Source of the DNA: Eledone cirrhosa
Lineage: Eukaryota
NCBI GenBank assembly: GCA_964016885.1
Contig: OZ024742.1
Span: forward strand, 144,212,001 to 144,276,000
DNA length: 64,000 nucleotides
Direction of reading: 5' to 3'
Shown here: positions 1 to 13,622 of the stretch, one piece after another
How the letters are laid out: each line of letters starts with the position of its first letter
How positions within the stretch are numbered: the first letter of the stretch is position 1
Translations under genes and position numbers: made by a program
Notes under the pieces: generated by a model
Seen by the model: only the letters and a program-made list of their open reading frames with translations
Told to the model about the DNA's origin: nothing
Databases searched by the model: none

Positions 1-171
1 TACATGCACATTTCTTCTTTCTGTATTACTGTATTTTCTCTTATGGATATAAATGCTTATATTTTACGGTAAGATGCCATATTGTGATGTTCATACCGTT
101 CCCATCTGCATATTTGTTAAAGAAATGTAGCTAAGGTGTGTTTAGCATATATATAGTTAAGTTATGTTTAG

Positions 172-232
<61 letters not shown>

Positions 233-2056
233 CTGTGTTTAGCATATATAGCTATACAATTGAGATCAAACTCTCCCATATGTAAGAATACCAGATTCTT
301 ATTAATCCTTTCTTGTAGCGAAGAATTTTAGTCAATCATATAAACCATATTGCTTATTTCAGTAAATATTTTAGTGATTCTTATTACTTGAATGGCTAAG
401 TTGCTTTTTGATATAAAAGAATGCAACTCAACACATCGATTTATACCAGTTGCACAGGCACACACATATAAACATACTTGAAGGTTCTGTAGAGTCCCAG
501 TCTATCAAATTTTACTAACAAGGAATTGGGTTAACTAAACACTATAGTAAGAAAGATAGTTGCCAAAGGTGCCACACAACGTAACAGAACCCAAACTTAT
601 ACCATTGAGAAGCAAATTTCTTAAGCATGAGACTATGGTGAATATATTGAAGGTAAGAAATATAGAAACACTCTTGATTTATTTATCATACACCAAGATA
701 TATACAAGGTGTTTATAAAGTTTTTGTGCAATTATAAACATATAAATGTTTTATTTATCAGGTTTTGTACACCAGAACTCTTAAAATCTTGTTCACCATT
801 ATTTTACATCCTCCTACTAGCACAGTCTGGATGATTTTTTGTGGGCAGTTTTTTTCTACAGGCAAATACCCTCCCAAAGGTCAAACCATACTTTATAGGT
901 AAGGCATATACTACTCATCTTCATCGAATCACTATGTTGCAGGGCATATTGTTTATAAAGGAAATAAACAAATGACATGATTTGCTGTAAACATTGTTAG
1001 CATGAAGATGCATGTGGTAAACTGCCACATGCACACACACCTATATCAGGGAAAATAAACTTTAAATGATGATGATTATATAGGCTTCTTTATGGTTTCC
1101 ATCTACCAAATTCACTCACAAGATATTGGTTGACCTAAGGCTATAACAGAACCAAAATACACACAGTTGTGAAAGGAACTTCTTACCCACACAGTCAAAA
1201 AAAAAAAAAAAATGCTGCTGTAGCTTACAAAGTTGAAGCCTATAACAGCTGCGAGAGGAAGATCCACTACCTTTTACAGAAAAGCTGCACCACATAAGAT
1301 ATCAATTAAAAACTAAATGAAAAGGTTTTAAGATCCAGGTGAGTCAATATTCTGAGATATGTAAGACTTGGTTGTTTCAACCTCATTTATGATGTTAATA
1401 CTTTTCAAACAGATATGAAGATCCCTGCTCATCTCTTATAATATACTTTAAAATATAACATCTTCATATTTTTCCCTTCTACTAAAAAATGGAAAGGAAA
1501 GTACTGATCCTTAGATCAAACCAAGGATATTATGTTTCCATTTATTACAGTGTAAACCTTATACTATAGTGTAATGCTTACACTATCAGTTGTTCACAGC
1601 TCCTGACAGAATTGTAACAATTATTATTTTGTTTTTCCTGCCAAGAGACAGCATTTGAATTAAGAACAAAAGTTACAAAACATCCCAAAAGTTTATTTTT
1701 TCTGGTGACAGGAGATAGGATTTAAACTGAGAACATGTAGAGCTAGAACTGATGCTACAAGACATCCCAATCTAGCATTTAACAATTCCACCAATGAACT
1801 GCTACTACTATATCTAGTGAATGTGATAGGAAGGAATGAAAAGTTAACCTCAGCAGGATTTGAATTCAGGCATAATGAGCCAGAAGAAATGCTATAAAAT
1901 ATTAAATCTGCCAATCCACTGCCTAAAAAAAACAATAAAAAAAGACTATAACCAATAAAAAAACAAACAAACAAGTCGTAAGAAACTCTCAGGAAAACTG
2001 GACAGAAGGTCTTCAGAGAAGAACTCCACACCCTACTCAAGCAAGTGTTTTGGCTC

Positions 2057-2167
2057 TTAACTTCTTACACTTTAAGGGTAGCCCATAACTTCTTACACTC
2101 TAAGGGCAGCCCTTAAATTTTTACATTCTAAGGGTGGCCTTTAATTTCTTACACTCTAAGGGGGCCC
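2057..2167. repeat. ~28-bp tandem repeat, 4 units
   Basis: TAACTTCTTACACTCTAAGGG variants. Confidence 0.8.
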
Positions 2168-2314
2168 TGGACCACATCCAGGTCATGACTCAAAAAAGAT
2201 TTCCACTAGGTCAAGCTGTGCAACCACATTGTAGCTTTCTCATTGGCTTGAAATATAGAAGTCTTGCTGAATGAGTGGGATGCAATATTATAAATAATAA
2301 TATAAATAATAATA

Positions 2315-2462
2315 GTTTCTTATATAGGCACAAGGCCAGCAATTTTAAATCGACTCCAGTGCGTGACTGGTACTTTATTTTATCGACCCCGTGAGGATGA
2401 AAGCCAAAGTTAACCTTGGCGGGATTTGAACTCAGATCATAAAGGGGCGTAACTCTGTGCTA
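2315..2462 (-). mobile_element. SINE family A, truncated
   Basis: Matches 7408-7570. Confidence 0.8.
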
Positions 2463-3262
2463 CTAATAATAATAATAATAATAATAATAAAATGGAAATT
2501 AGACATTTTGAAAGTTAGAGGGGGAAGAGTGAGAGAACAAATGATTTATGTTTTGGTAGGAAAGGGCCAGAAGGAGTCATATTAAAGAAGGAAAAAAAAA
2601 CCCCTCAATAACCATTTGTCTAGTTTCATGAGTATTGACCTCTTAGATAAGGTATTCAGAGTGGTGGTGAGAAAGTACACATCTGGTGAATGTTACTAAT
2701 ACTTGGGGAGGGAAGCAGCTGCTATTTAGATTTGATTACACACTGCATTTATTCATAAGTAATCTGTGTCTTTCAAACACCTAATTATCACATCCCACCT
2801 TATCATAAAAAGGAAGGGGTTATATTACTATGGCTATTGAGAGTAACATAGGCCAAAAGTTTGATGCCATGATGCTGGCCTTCTGTTATGCTGTTTTGTA
2901 TAAGTAGAATTGGTAGTAAACAAAATAATTGTATGATTCTCAAAATACTGAGAGTTGTTCACTTCTCAATCTCCTGGTATTGATTCTACAGCATGGTCTC
3001 TTGGACAAGTTTTTTTTTAAAACTCTAGATGCAAGTAGTCTCAAACTTTGTGAGTGAAAGAGGATAGATGGAAGATGTATGGAAATCCATAGGATGGATT
3101 TTACTTTGAATTCAAAGGTCCAGCCCTGACATATATTATATCATGTTGATTCAACATGATAATCATGTCAAGGGGTACACATGTCTTCTTATATGTTAAT
3201 TTAATAAATAGGCATTTCAGTTCATTCAACAAGTTAGTGTTTGGTGAAACTAATAGAGAAGC

Positions 3263-3298
<36 letters not shown>

Positions 3299-4412
3299 AT
3301 ACTTAAAAGGATATTGATTTCACTTAGCCACAGGTTGACCCTCGAAATGAGCACACTATGAATATCACACCTTTTTTCATACTACATTATCTAATGGGGC
3401 CTTCAAAATCTTTAAGACAGGTGTCCAAACCATGCAAGCATAGAAAAACGGATGTCAAAACGATGATGATGATGGTAGGGTCTAATTCTAAGACTTGATT
3501 GCTATTTCTAGCATGTAGAGAGGATCATTAGCTTAACTTCTAGGTGAATGAAAGGGAGATGGATTTGGCTGAGGATTTCTTGGAAGTGAAGTGGATGCAT
3601 TGAGTTGTCATTCATTTCATACTTCAGATCCATAGGCAGACTTGTCTAGCAATTGTTAATAGTGAAATTAAGTAGACACGACAACCCAACTAGTGTTGGT
3701 GATCTTCACTATAAACACACTCAAGCTTGCTAAAGAAAGGGTTGGGATGATCCTTCAGTTGTATCAACGACATAACAACCATGATAAAATGCTCTCAATA
3801 GAATGTGGAATTATATGTAAGCGAGATGTGAAACCCCGGTCAGTAGCCCCACTCCAGGACTGATTCGGTCTGTGAAGACCCATCTAACCCATGCTAGCAG
3901 GGAAAATGATGATGATGACACGAGTGCAATTTTAATTCATTAATCCTTTTGTTACTATATTTCTAATGAAATCCACTGCTTATAATTTTCAAGTAGTTTT
4001 GAAAATATAAAATTTGAAGAGTTTTAGTAATATAAGGGTTTAGTATTAAATAGCAAAGGTTCTTACATAAAATTATGATGGAAGGTTTTATATTTCAATA
4101 AACACTTTAAAACAAACAGTTTTGTATCACAGAACCAGAGGTGATTTCATGTATAATTTTAGTGAATAGGTGAATAGTTTTTAATTGCTTGTTGTTATAG
4201 AGTAGTTTGATTGTTGCCATTGTTCTTGTGGTAATGTGAAGGAGTTTCACTTAGGCTTCTGACATGTCAATGGTGACAAATGATTTTTTTTTCCTACAGT
4301 TGTTCGACTAGTGTCTTCATATCTGTTGATTGTTTAGTTTGCCTTATACCATATAATCGTTTTGTTGATACCTTCAGCTTTCAGCTAATGGCTGATAGCT
4401 TTTTCCCTGAGA

Positions 4413-4450
<38 letters not shown>

Positions 4451-5293
4451 TAACTAGCTAAGGTGATGATTGTATTGCCATTTTGAGCATTAGAAGAAAA
4501 AAAAGGAAAGTGATAACTCCATAAGGTATTTCCCCAAAATATATTTTCTCTAATTTTAATCATATTTTATTATATTTTCTATCTCCCATCATAGAGTATA
4601 ATTCCTGCATGCTAGCAGTGTCTGTCTAATAACTTTTAATGGTGCTAACAATAGATCATACACACACACACTAACACACATACAATTAAATTTTTTATAG
4701 AAAGAACAATAAGCTTTTTGAACAAGATGTTGTTTAATAGAGATAATAATGACCATGGTAATAAATTAATTAAAGCAATAAAATATTCTTTCGCCTTTTC
4801 TTTTATTGTTTAATGAAAAATGTTCATGATAATTTCAAACGTAAACATTTTATTGGTCTATTATTAAGAGTCATTATAAAATAGATTTAATTAAACAAAA
4901 TCTTTGAAATGTTTTTTTTAATTATATTTTGATGAGCTCAAATTTTTTTTTCAAAATCAAGTATTATAATCAAATATAATAAAATATTTGTTGGACATAG
5001 CTAACAATAGGGGATGTGGAAATAGACATTTAAGGATCTTAAAGGGTGAGTGACCAGCTTATCAAAAATATATATTAGCAGCCATAGGAATAATTTTTCT
5101 TTTAATGTTTACATCTAGCCTTACACATCTAATAATTGACTGTGTGTGTGTGTGTGTGCATGAAAATCATTCTGCAATCTTAAGTGTCATGGTCTAATTA
5201 GATTACACGATCGCCATCACTGTAAGTTAACCTTCCATAGGGCACATAATTTTTCTTCTTGATGGCTATCTCATTTTATATATACATATATAG

Positions 5294-5365
<72 letters not shown>

Positions 5366-7367
5366 TTAACATCAATTTTTTTCATGCTTACATAGGTTAG
5401 ACAGGTTGTCACGTTATGAGACAAGTTAGGGCAGGAAACCATGTCTTGCTAATATGGATTTATATTTTGGGTTTGTTTCTACAGCTGGATGTCCTTCCTA
5501 ATGCCAACCACGTTAGAGAGAAAGAAACAAACAAAAACAACAAATGAACATCCACACAAAAATATATATTAAAGATTAGAAGTCAATGACATCACATACA
5601 GGTTATCCAATGGCTTTTAATGCTTTGGCTATATTCATGTAAAAACTAATGTTGTTATTGAACATTCAACATTACAGAAGTAATATTTATAACTGTATTT
5701 GTGATAAATAAAAACTTTTGTAGAATTTATTTGGCTTCTTACATGGAGTTCAAATTCCACCAGAGTCAACTTTGAGGTCAATAAATAAAGTATCAATCTA
5801 TGGCAGAAGACTCAGATAATAATCATTAGAGTACCAGACAAACTGTCTTGTGGCATTTGTTCTGAGTTCAAGTCCCAATGTAGCCAACTTGCATGGTAGA
5901 CATAATTGGTCATTTGGTTTAATACCACCACTTGGCTTTTGGGGGCCTCTAGTGATTTCCACCGTCCCAAATATTTGGGCCAAAGTTTCTGGCTTGAAGG
6001 TACATTTCCCCCTTTCATTAGTTCTGGGGACCATGGAAAGTGTCTCTGGAAAGTGTCCCTTCCTCCTCCTGCTTAAGTGATAAAAAACAAAACTAACAAA
6101 ATCCCTTTTCCTCTCTGTATGTCATTTCTATAAGTGGCTTATAAGATGATTATGAGTTCAAATGGTAACCCAGGCACATTACAATGTGTCCTTAAGCAAG
6201 AAAACATTATACTCATTCCCTTCCATCTAACTGAAAAACAGGTACTATTCCCATTTTATGGTTGACTGGGTGATATGAAATGCAAATGCTTGAATTGTTT
6301 GTACAACCATTGATTTTATGGACAAAACAGATGTATGAAAGAAAGAAATGAAAAGAAAGGAAGGAAGGGCTGGAGTAAGGTGAGTTTTAAAAGAACACTT
6401 GGGAATTAGAAGTATCAAGTATTGCTTGAAACAAAGAAGACTGAAGTTGTACAATGATGAACATGTGGTGTGGCCCAGGGAGACTAATGAGAACTGACTA
6501 AGCAAATGGTTTAAGCATGTGACTGTGTGGGTTTAGATCAGGGTGTGTATGTATCCTCTTTAAAATGCATGTGACTACTTACTGGTAAGTAGAGTCACTA
6601 TAGAGAGAAGTGGGAGGTTAGGAAGGAGTAGAATGTAAAAGATATTAAATTGAAGGCTGGATGGAATGAAATACAATAAAACCAGCATGATGTCCAATAT
6701 TTTCTACCCCACTCCTTCACTACTACCCTTCCATATATATGTATTGCTGTATGGGTGGGAATTGATATAGAGAATGGTAAATATATATACATATTAAAAA
6801 AATGTCAATAAGAAACAAAATAGTAGTTGATAACATTGAATATAATGATGGTGGTGGTTGTACAGTGAAGTAAGTAATAGTAATAATTATCCCAAAGACA
6901 ACCAACATGAAGATGATGATTTGCTTGAGGATATTAATAAAAGTGGAAAATATTCCTTTTAATTGAAATTTTCTCTTGTAATTTACAACTTTAGTACAAA
7001 GAGAGGGCCTAAACAAAACAACAACAAAAAAGACTTATTGCAAATTTTGGGCAAAATTCATAAATATATCTTACATTGTAAATTTTCTTGGTAAAATTTA
7101 TACAATGAAAATTTTGATAGAATTCATATTTTTCAGAAACAAAAACACAACAACCATAAAGATTAATAAATATGCAAGAATCTGTGTGAATGTATGTGTG
7201 TATGTGTTTCTTGACTAATATTATGGGAAAGTAATATTTTTTTCAATATTTTTCAAAGATATTCTATGATAAACAACAGAAATGTTAATATATAGATTTT
7301 GTTGGTAAATCAGGCAAGATAGAGTAGCTATCGGTGTGTGTGTGTATGTAAGTATACATGTTTATGA

Positions 7368-7407
<40 letters not shown>

Positions 7408-7411
<4 letters not shown>

Positions 7412-7620
7412 TTTTATATAGGCACAAGGCCAGCAATTTTTTGGGGAAAGTCGATTAAATTGACCCCAGTGCGTGACTGGTACTTTATTTTATCGAGCCC
7501 GTAAGGATGAAAGGCAAAGTTAACCTCGGCGGGATTTGAACTCAGATCATAAAGGACCGTAACTCTATGCGTCAAAGCATGGCGTCCGGCCCTCTACCGA
7601 TACTGCCAATCCACCGCCCT
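7408..7620 (-). mobile_element. tRNA-derived SINE, family A (Meta/MESC-like central domain)
   Basis: Minus strand: A box TGGCAGTATCGG, B box GAGTTCAAATCC, GCCTTTCATCCTTACGGG.TCGATAAAATAAAGTACC domain. Confidence 0.85.
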
Positions 7621-7622
7621 TG

Positions 7623-7678
<56 letters not shown>

Positions 7679-10559
7679 CATAAATGCATATACACCATTA
7701 TCATCATGATACACATATATATATATTTACATTGTTTCTAAATACCAAAAAGATGGCTGAAAAACATGTGGAGTAAAGAAAGACAAAATAGGGACTTTCT
7801 TGTCATCCTGCTGTCTTTTGGACATCTTCATAGATTCAACACCAAAGACAATGCTATGTCAACTGATGGCGTCAAAAATGTCAAAAACAAGTTTAAACAC
7901 TTCTCAGGATTGTTTATGAAGCCATGCAACATACTTGGATGAAACAGATAAAGCTGATGTCAGAACATCTCACAAATAAAACAGATAATGAATAAACGAA
8001 AACAAATACTGAATAAATATATGATGATATAATCATACATTCATACAAGTCATTAGAATGTATTCAACACAAGATGGATATATAAAAGAAAATGATAAAA
8101 TGCCTGTAAGTAGAAATACTTACATTATGATGACCTGAGTGAGAAATATAGATAGCAGCAACAGGAAGAGAAGTGACAAAATAGGAAGACTGGTCCAGCA
8201 AATGGTGGCATAGTTGTAAACGTTAGAGTAACAACAAGCATTTTAAGGTCATTTTCCTTGCTAAAGCAGAAGTTTTAACCTTATAGGCCCACAAAAGACT
8301 TCATAATCCACTTGGGGTCTATTTCAAGGCAATGTTTTAGTTTGATGCCCTTCCAGCCACTGACCCTTTTAGTTTCTTCTTATGTCATGCAGGGATAAAG
8401 TTATCAATTCTAAACTAGATACACCCAGAAAAAGGTTAAACAGAGATAAAACAAAAAGGATAGATTGAGAAAAATCTTATATTAGTGTTGATGATGATAA
8501 TGGTGTTGAGCTGGCCCTGATCCAACAGATCATATGATGAAGGTATTCCAGAGCCAGGATCATCTCATCTTTTATACACAAAGTGCACTACTAAGCTATT
8601 ATAATTAGCCAAAGTGTCAATTTGAGGAGAATTGGCTGCTATTTGCAGCAAGTCAAGTGATAGCATAGAGCTTCCTCTAATTGGCTGAAATGATGATGGC
8701 AGTGATGACAGTAGTGATGTTGATGAAGGTGGGAATAATGGAGGTGGTGATAACAGTGATGAGGGTGGTGATAATGATAGTCATAGTGATGATGGCAGTT
8801 AGAGTGGTGATGGTGATAATGGAGGTGATGATGTAGGTGTGAGTGCTGATAGCAGCAATGGTGGTGGTGGTGGAGGTAATGATGTAATTGAAGTAAAAAA
8901 AATATGGTGTAGAAATACATTAGAAATGAAACTACTTAGTGTATGATGTTTCCTTCAAATTTAAAGTAACTTCCTATTGTGCCAAAGTCACAAGGTTTTT
9001 GATTCTGTGTTGGTTCATATGACAGTAAGTTGTTATTGTTGTTTAACCCTAGGACAGCCATTCTCAAGCAAGTATACATGATCAAAGCACTCCAGCTATG
9101 ATCATTCCCTCTTTTTCTCTTCCTGCATTATTCAATATATCTTTCCAGACCAAATAGGTACTGGAGTTGATATTTGATATGTCCCAGCATGACTACAGTC
9201 AAATAACTGAAATCAGTAAAAACAATAAATGCATTTACATGTGATTCAGTTTGCCCATGTAAAGTGTAAAGGCTGAGTGATGGGTTGATGTGAAATATAA
9301 CTACAAAGCTCCCAAAATGGAGTTCATATGCAGTTTGTTGAAAGTCCTTCGAGAGACTGTCCTTCAAAGGAATTCCAAGCAAATATCAACACTGTGTGAA
9401 TGTTTTCACATGCAAACACATACACAAATACACAAGACACATATATGCAAACACAGGTACCAGTTAGTAGCAGGGTCCACAAGCAACAGGAAATAGCCAT
9501 TTGAAGTAAGCAGGAAGGAAGGAAGGAAGGAAGGAAGGAAAGAAAAGGGAAAGTAATAAGCCGAACTTCGATACTGTGCAGCAGTCAGTGCAAGCAAAGG
9601 GTACAGAATACAGAAGAGGTATAGAGTGATGATATTTGGCAGATTTACAGGGAAGTAGATCACTAGGTGCACCAGATGCACTGGAACAGCTAATAATTAC
9701 GATGGATGAATGACCATGAACTAATAATGTTTGGCTATGTCACTGGAAACAGTAGATTAAATTCTACTATAAATTAATTATAAGGTATGGGGTGGTGGTA
9801 GTGATTGATGGTGATTATATATAATAGTTTGAATTTATAGAGGGAGGGAAAATGTTTAGAGTACTGCTGTGTGTGTGTGTCCATGCAGACATCTCTCTCT
9901 CTCTCTCTCTCTCTACAAAACAGCAGGCTATTATTAAAGCTAAGTGTTAAAAGTATGGCAGTAAAATAGTAGAGAATGCGTAGGGTTTAAAGTGAAAATA
10001 GACTGGCTTATATATGATGAACTTGCATCATCATCACCATCAGTTTAAGTTTATTTTACATGCCAGCATGGGTTCCCATGTCACCACAGTCCAAGACAAG
10101 ATTATATGCATCTTGCTCATACATTGAAAAAAAAGTGTAGTGCAAGTGACATCTCAGGCAAGTGTTTTCAACTGATATAGTGCCTTATAAAAATATTTAG
10201 TAGATGGAAACTGTGTGGAAGCCTCTCTTTCTTTCTCACATACACATGTACAAATAAATATACACGCTAGGTTTCTACAGAAATTCTACTGAATTCCACT
10301 CTTTTACACACACACATGCATATACAGACATCATCATCATCGTTTAACGTTTATTTTCCATGCTAGCATGGGTTAAATGGGTTGTCCCATTAGAAGCAAG
10401 TTGGGCCAGGTGACCATGTCTTGCTCATATAGAACTGTTTCTGGCTAGGTTTCTACAGCTAGGTGCCTTTCCTAATGCTAACCACATTTAAAGTGTGGGC
10501 TGGGTGATATTTGTCATGACACCTACACACCCACTTTACAGGGTGCTTTTACAGGGTAA

Positions 10560-10982
10560 TTACATATTCATGCAAAAGTCAAATTTTTTAAATTCATACT
10601 TTTGAGGGTTTGAAATTCACCCTTGAATCCCAAACACTACATCAATAAGCAGAAGCCTACTGTACTCTAAATGAATAAAAACAAAAAACAATGAACTACA
10701 GTAATTATAGTAATAACGCCAATGTTTCTATGCATCAAAATGCATTTCCTGCTAACAAAACACAAAAATAAGGCCACCTAGCTCTTATAAATATTTCCAC
10801 TTACATACATCCGAACATAATAGCATAGAAAAATGTTCTCATTGTAATATTTATGTCCAGAATAATACCTTGATTCATAAATGTTAATCTGTTGACTATG
10901 AAGAACTAGGGTTGACCTTTACATGGAGAAATACAAAGTTTTGGCAAAAAATAAAAGGTTGACTATTACATATGTATATACG

Positions 10983-10984
<2 letters not shown>
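10560..10984. mobile_element. Possible old pogo/Tc-like DNA transposon remnant
   Basis: Right end TTGACTATTACATATGTATATACGG with a weak inverse at 10560-10582. Confidence 0.35.
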
Positions 10985-11025
<41 letters not shown>

Positions 11026-12648
11026 TAGAGAGAGAAAGAGAGATTCTGTGGTGCTGAGACCGATAAGACCACTAATCATGTGAATACTCGATACATAGGG
11101 AGATGTAGAGTGGGTATAAAGATGTGTAAAATCAGGGCCGAGGCACTATTTTCCGCAGTCAGAATTTTACACACACACACACACACACATATATATATGT
11201 ATGTACACATACACACAACAAGACTCCCCATAAATACATGTATTTTTTAGCTTTAAATATAGGTGAGGGCATCCACTTACACACACAAACATTGACCCAA
11301 AAGCAAAACTTAATTTAACTTGTAACCATATTTTTAATGAAATGCACTATTTCAATTGATTAATGAAGAATTTTGAAGGATTTACTAAAATTATGTTGGC
11401 AGATTTTAATTTTAATAGGAATTCTTTAAAAATGGGTTGTACCTCTAGGTGGTAATCAAAATTCAAAAACAATAAGCAAGAGAAATAACTTCCATAAAAT
11501 CAACTCATTGAAATTTTGTGAAAATAAAGATGATGCTGATAGGAGTGGGTCTTGCTTGTCTTTAACCATTTCATTACTATATTTCTAAAGAAATACACTG
11601 TATTAATCAATGAAGAATTCGAAGGGAGGACTTACTAAAGTTATCAATTATTTCATTATTAAGATGATATTTGTAACATAACTTTACAAAAGGTTCTTAT
11701 ATTAAATTATGCTGGAAGATTTTAATTGAAATTGGTATCCTTTAAAATGGTTTTGTTTTATAGAACAATAGAAGGTTTTGCATAGGTTGGCATAAAAATG
11801 TTGGTGCCAGTTGGTCTTATTTAGACCAGTATATTCATCTCAGTTGGCAAAACTTTATAAGTGATCAGTAAACATACAAAGAAAGGTTGGGATGGGGCGA
11901 CATTAGTTCCACTTTAACAACATTAACCAATCGTATCAATTCTCATTAACCAATCGTATCAATTCCCACTATTCTGATGACTTTATCAACCTACTCACTT
12001 TAATACAAATTAATTTTGAAATTGGAATATCACAAAAGAAATGAACTTTAACCTTTCAGGAAAATTTCTGTTTTTAACCACAAACTACTGATTGAATGTA
12101 TCAATTTAGAAAGAGGAGTTAAAATTTTGAATGGTGCTTTGTTAAGGATATGCTATTGCCATTTTGATTTCTGTATGATCACTCTAAGATAATAACACTG
12201 TAATTATTAATAATACATACAGCCACTTAGTAGTACTACTTGTGTCCTTTTAATAGGCATAAGACCAGCACTGCAAGATCAGGCACAATCATTACTAATA
12301 CCCACCACCACCACCACCACAATAATTACTAATACATCAATTATTGTCTCCACCACTACAATTACTATTATTGTCAATCATTATTCCCACCAACACTATC
12401 AGTAACACACTTATTCCCAGGACCATTGCCATGACCACTACTATAATTACTGCTGTGGTAATCATTACAATCACCACAACCATGACCACGGCCGTAATTA
12501 CTACCATGTCAATTATATTCACCAGCATGACAACAAAAATAATCAAAGCTTATTATCACTATCATTATTTTTCAATAACAGTTGTAACAATTTAAACCTA
12601 GATCAGCCATGATCAAACTGACCTATCTATCATAAAAATTTCCCAGCT

Positions 12649-12945
12649 GTGACTATCCTATCTCAGTTACCAAAGACTACATTATCCAATATGTTCTTCC
12701 CTTTCCATCTGGAAAAGTGTAGCTTGGTGAGAATTTGGCTACTATTTCTTGAAGGATAAATAACTACATAAAGACTTTCTTGGCTCATTCTAACAAATAG
12801 ATATGGGTGACTATCCTATCTCAGTTACCAAAGACTATATTTTCCAATATGTTCTTCCTTTTTAATCTGGAAAAGTGTGGCTTGATGAGAATTTGGCTAC
12901 TATTTCTTGCAGATATCTTTCTTGGCTCATTTCAACAAATAGATC
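12649..12945. repeat. ~158-bp tandem duplication
   Basis: GTGACTATCCTATCTCAGTTACCAAAGAC at 12649 and 12807. Confidence 0.85.
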
Positions 12946-13099
12946 TGCTCTTGCTGAAGAGGTGTTAGCTACTGGATGGCTGAGGTTATGGCTTCTGATT
13001 TCAATTCTTGGCTGTAATCTATTTTACTTCACATAATTGAGTGCAGTTTGTTGCTTAAATCAATCCCAGTACATGACTGGTAATTTGTACCATTATTAA

Positions 13100-13490
13100 G
13101 GAGGCACATTGCTTAGTGATTAGAGCATTGGCCTTGTAATCGAAAGGTTGTGAGTTCAATTCTCAGACCGGATGATGTGTTGTTTCCTTGAGCAAGACAC
13201 TTTATTTCACATTGCTCCAGTTTACTCAGCTGTAGAAATGAGATGATAGGACTGGGGTCCCTATCATTCCACTGCAAGTGGTCATGGAGGTGCCATGCAA
13301 AAAAAGCACCCAGCCCACACTTTAAAGTGGACGTGTAGGCGCCATGGAAAAAAAGCACCCAGCACTCACTGTAAATGAGGTTGGTGTTAGGAAGGGCATC
13401 CAGCTGTAGAAATCAAGCCAGAATCAGTTCCCGTCCCACCCTTGGAAGCAGGGAAAAGTGGACGTAAAATGATGATGATGATGATGATGA
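13100..13490 (+). mobile_element. tRNA-derived SINE, family B (V/CORE-like central domain, RTE-like tail)
   Basis: A box TTGCTTAGTG, B box GAGTTCAATTC, central TCCTTGAGCAAGACACTTTA, (ATG)n tail; near-identical copies elsewhere in the window. Confidence 0.85.
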
Positions 13491-13622
13491 AAAGCAGTAC
13501 TTATTAACCTTTTCAGGGTTTTGAAGACTGGTGGAAGAGAAGGGAGCAGATCCCCTCAAACCGAAGACCTAGTCCAAATGTTTGGAATTGAGGGAAATCT
13601 GCCAAGGAGCAATAGTAAAGCG

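Noticed and set aside
11974-11995. Other CTGATGA matches (also near 19037, 20728, 60060)
   Set aside because: No downstream stem-GAAA-stem-UH arrangement.
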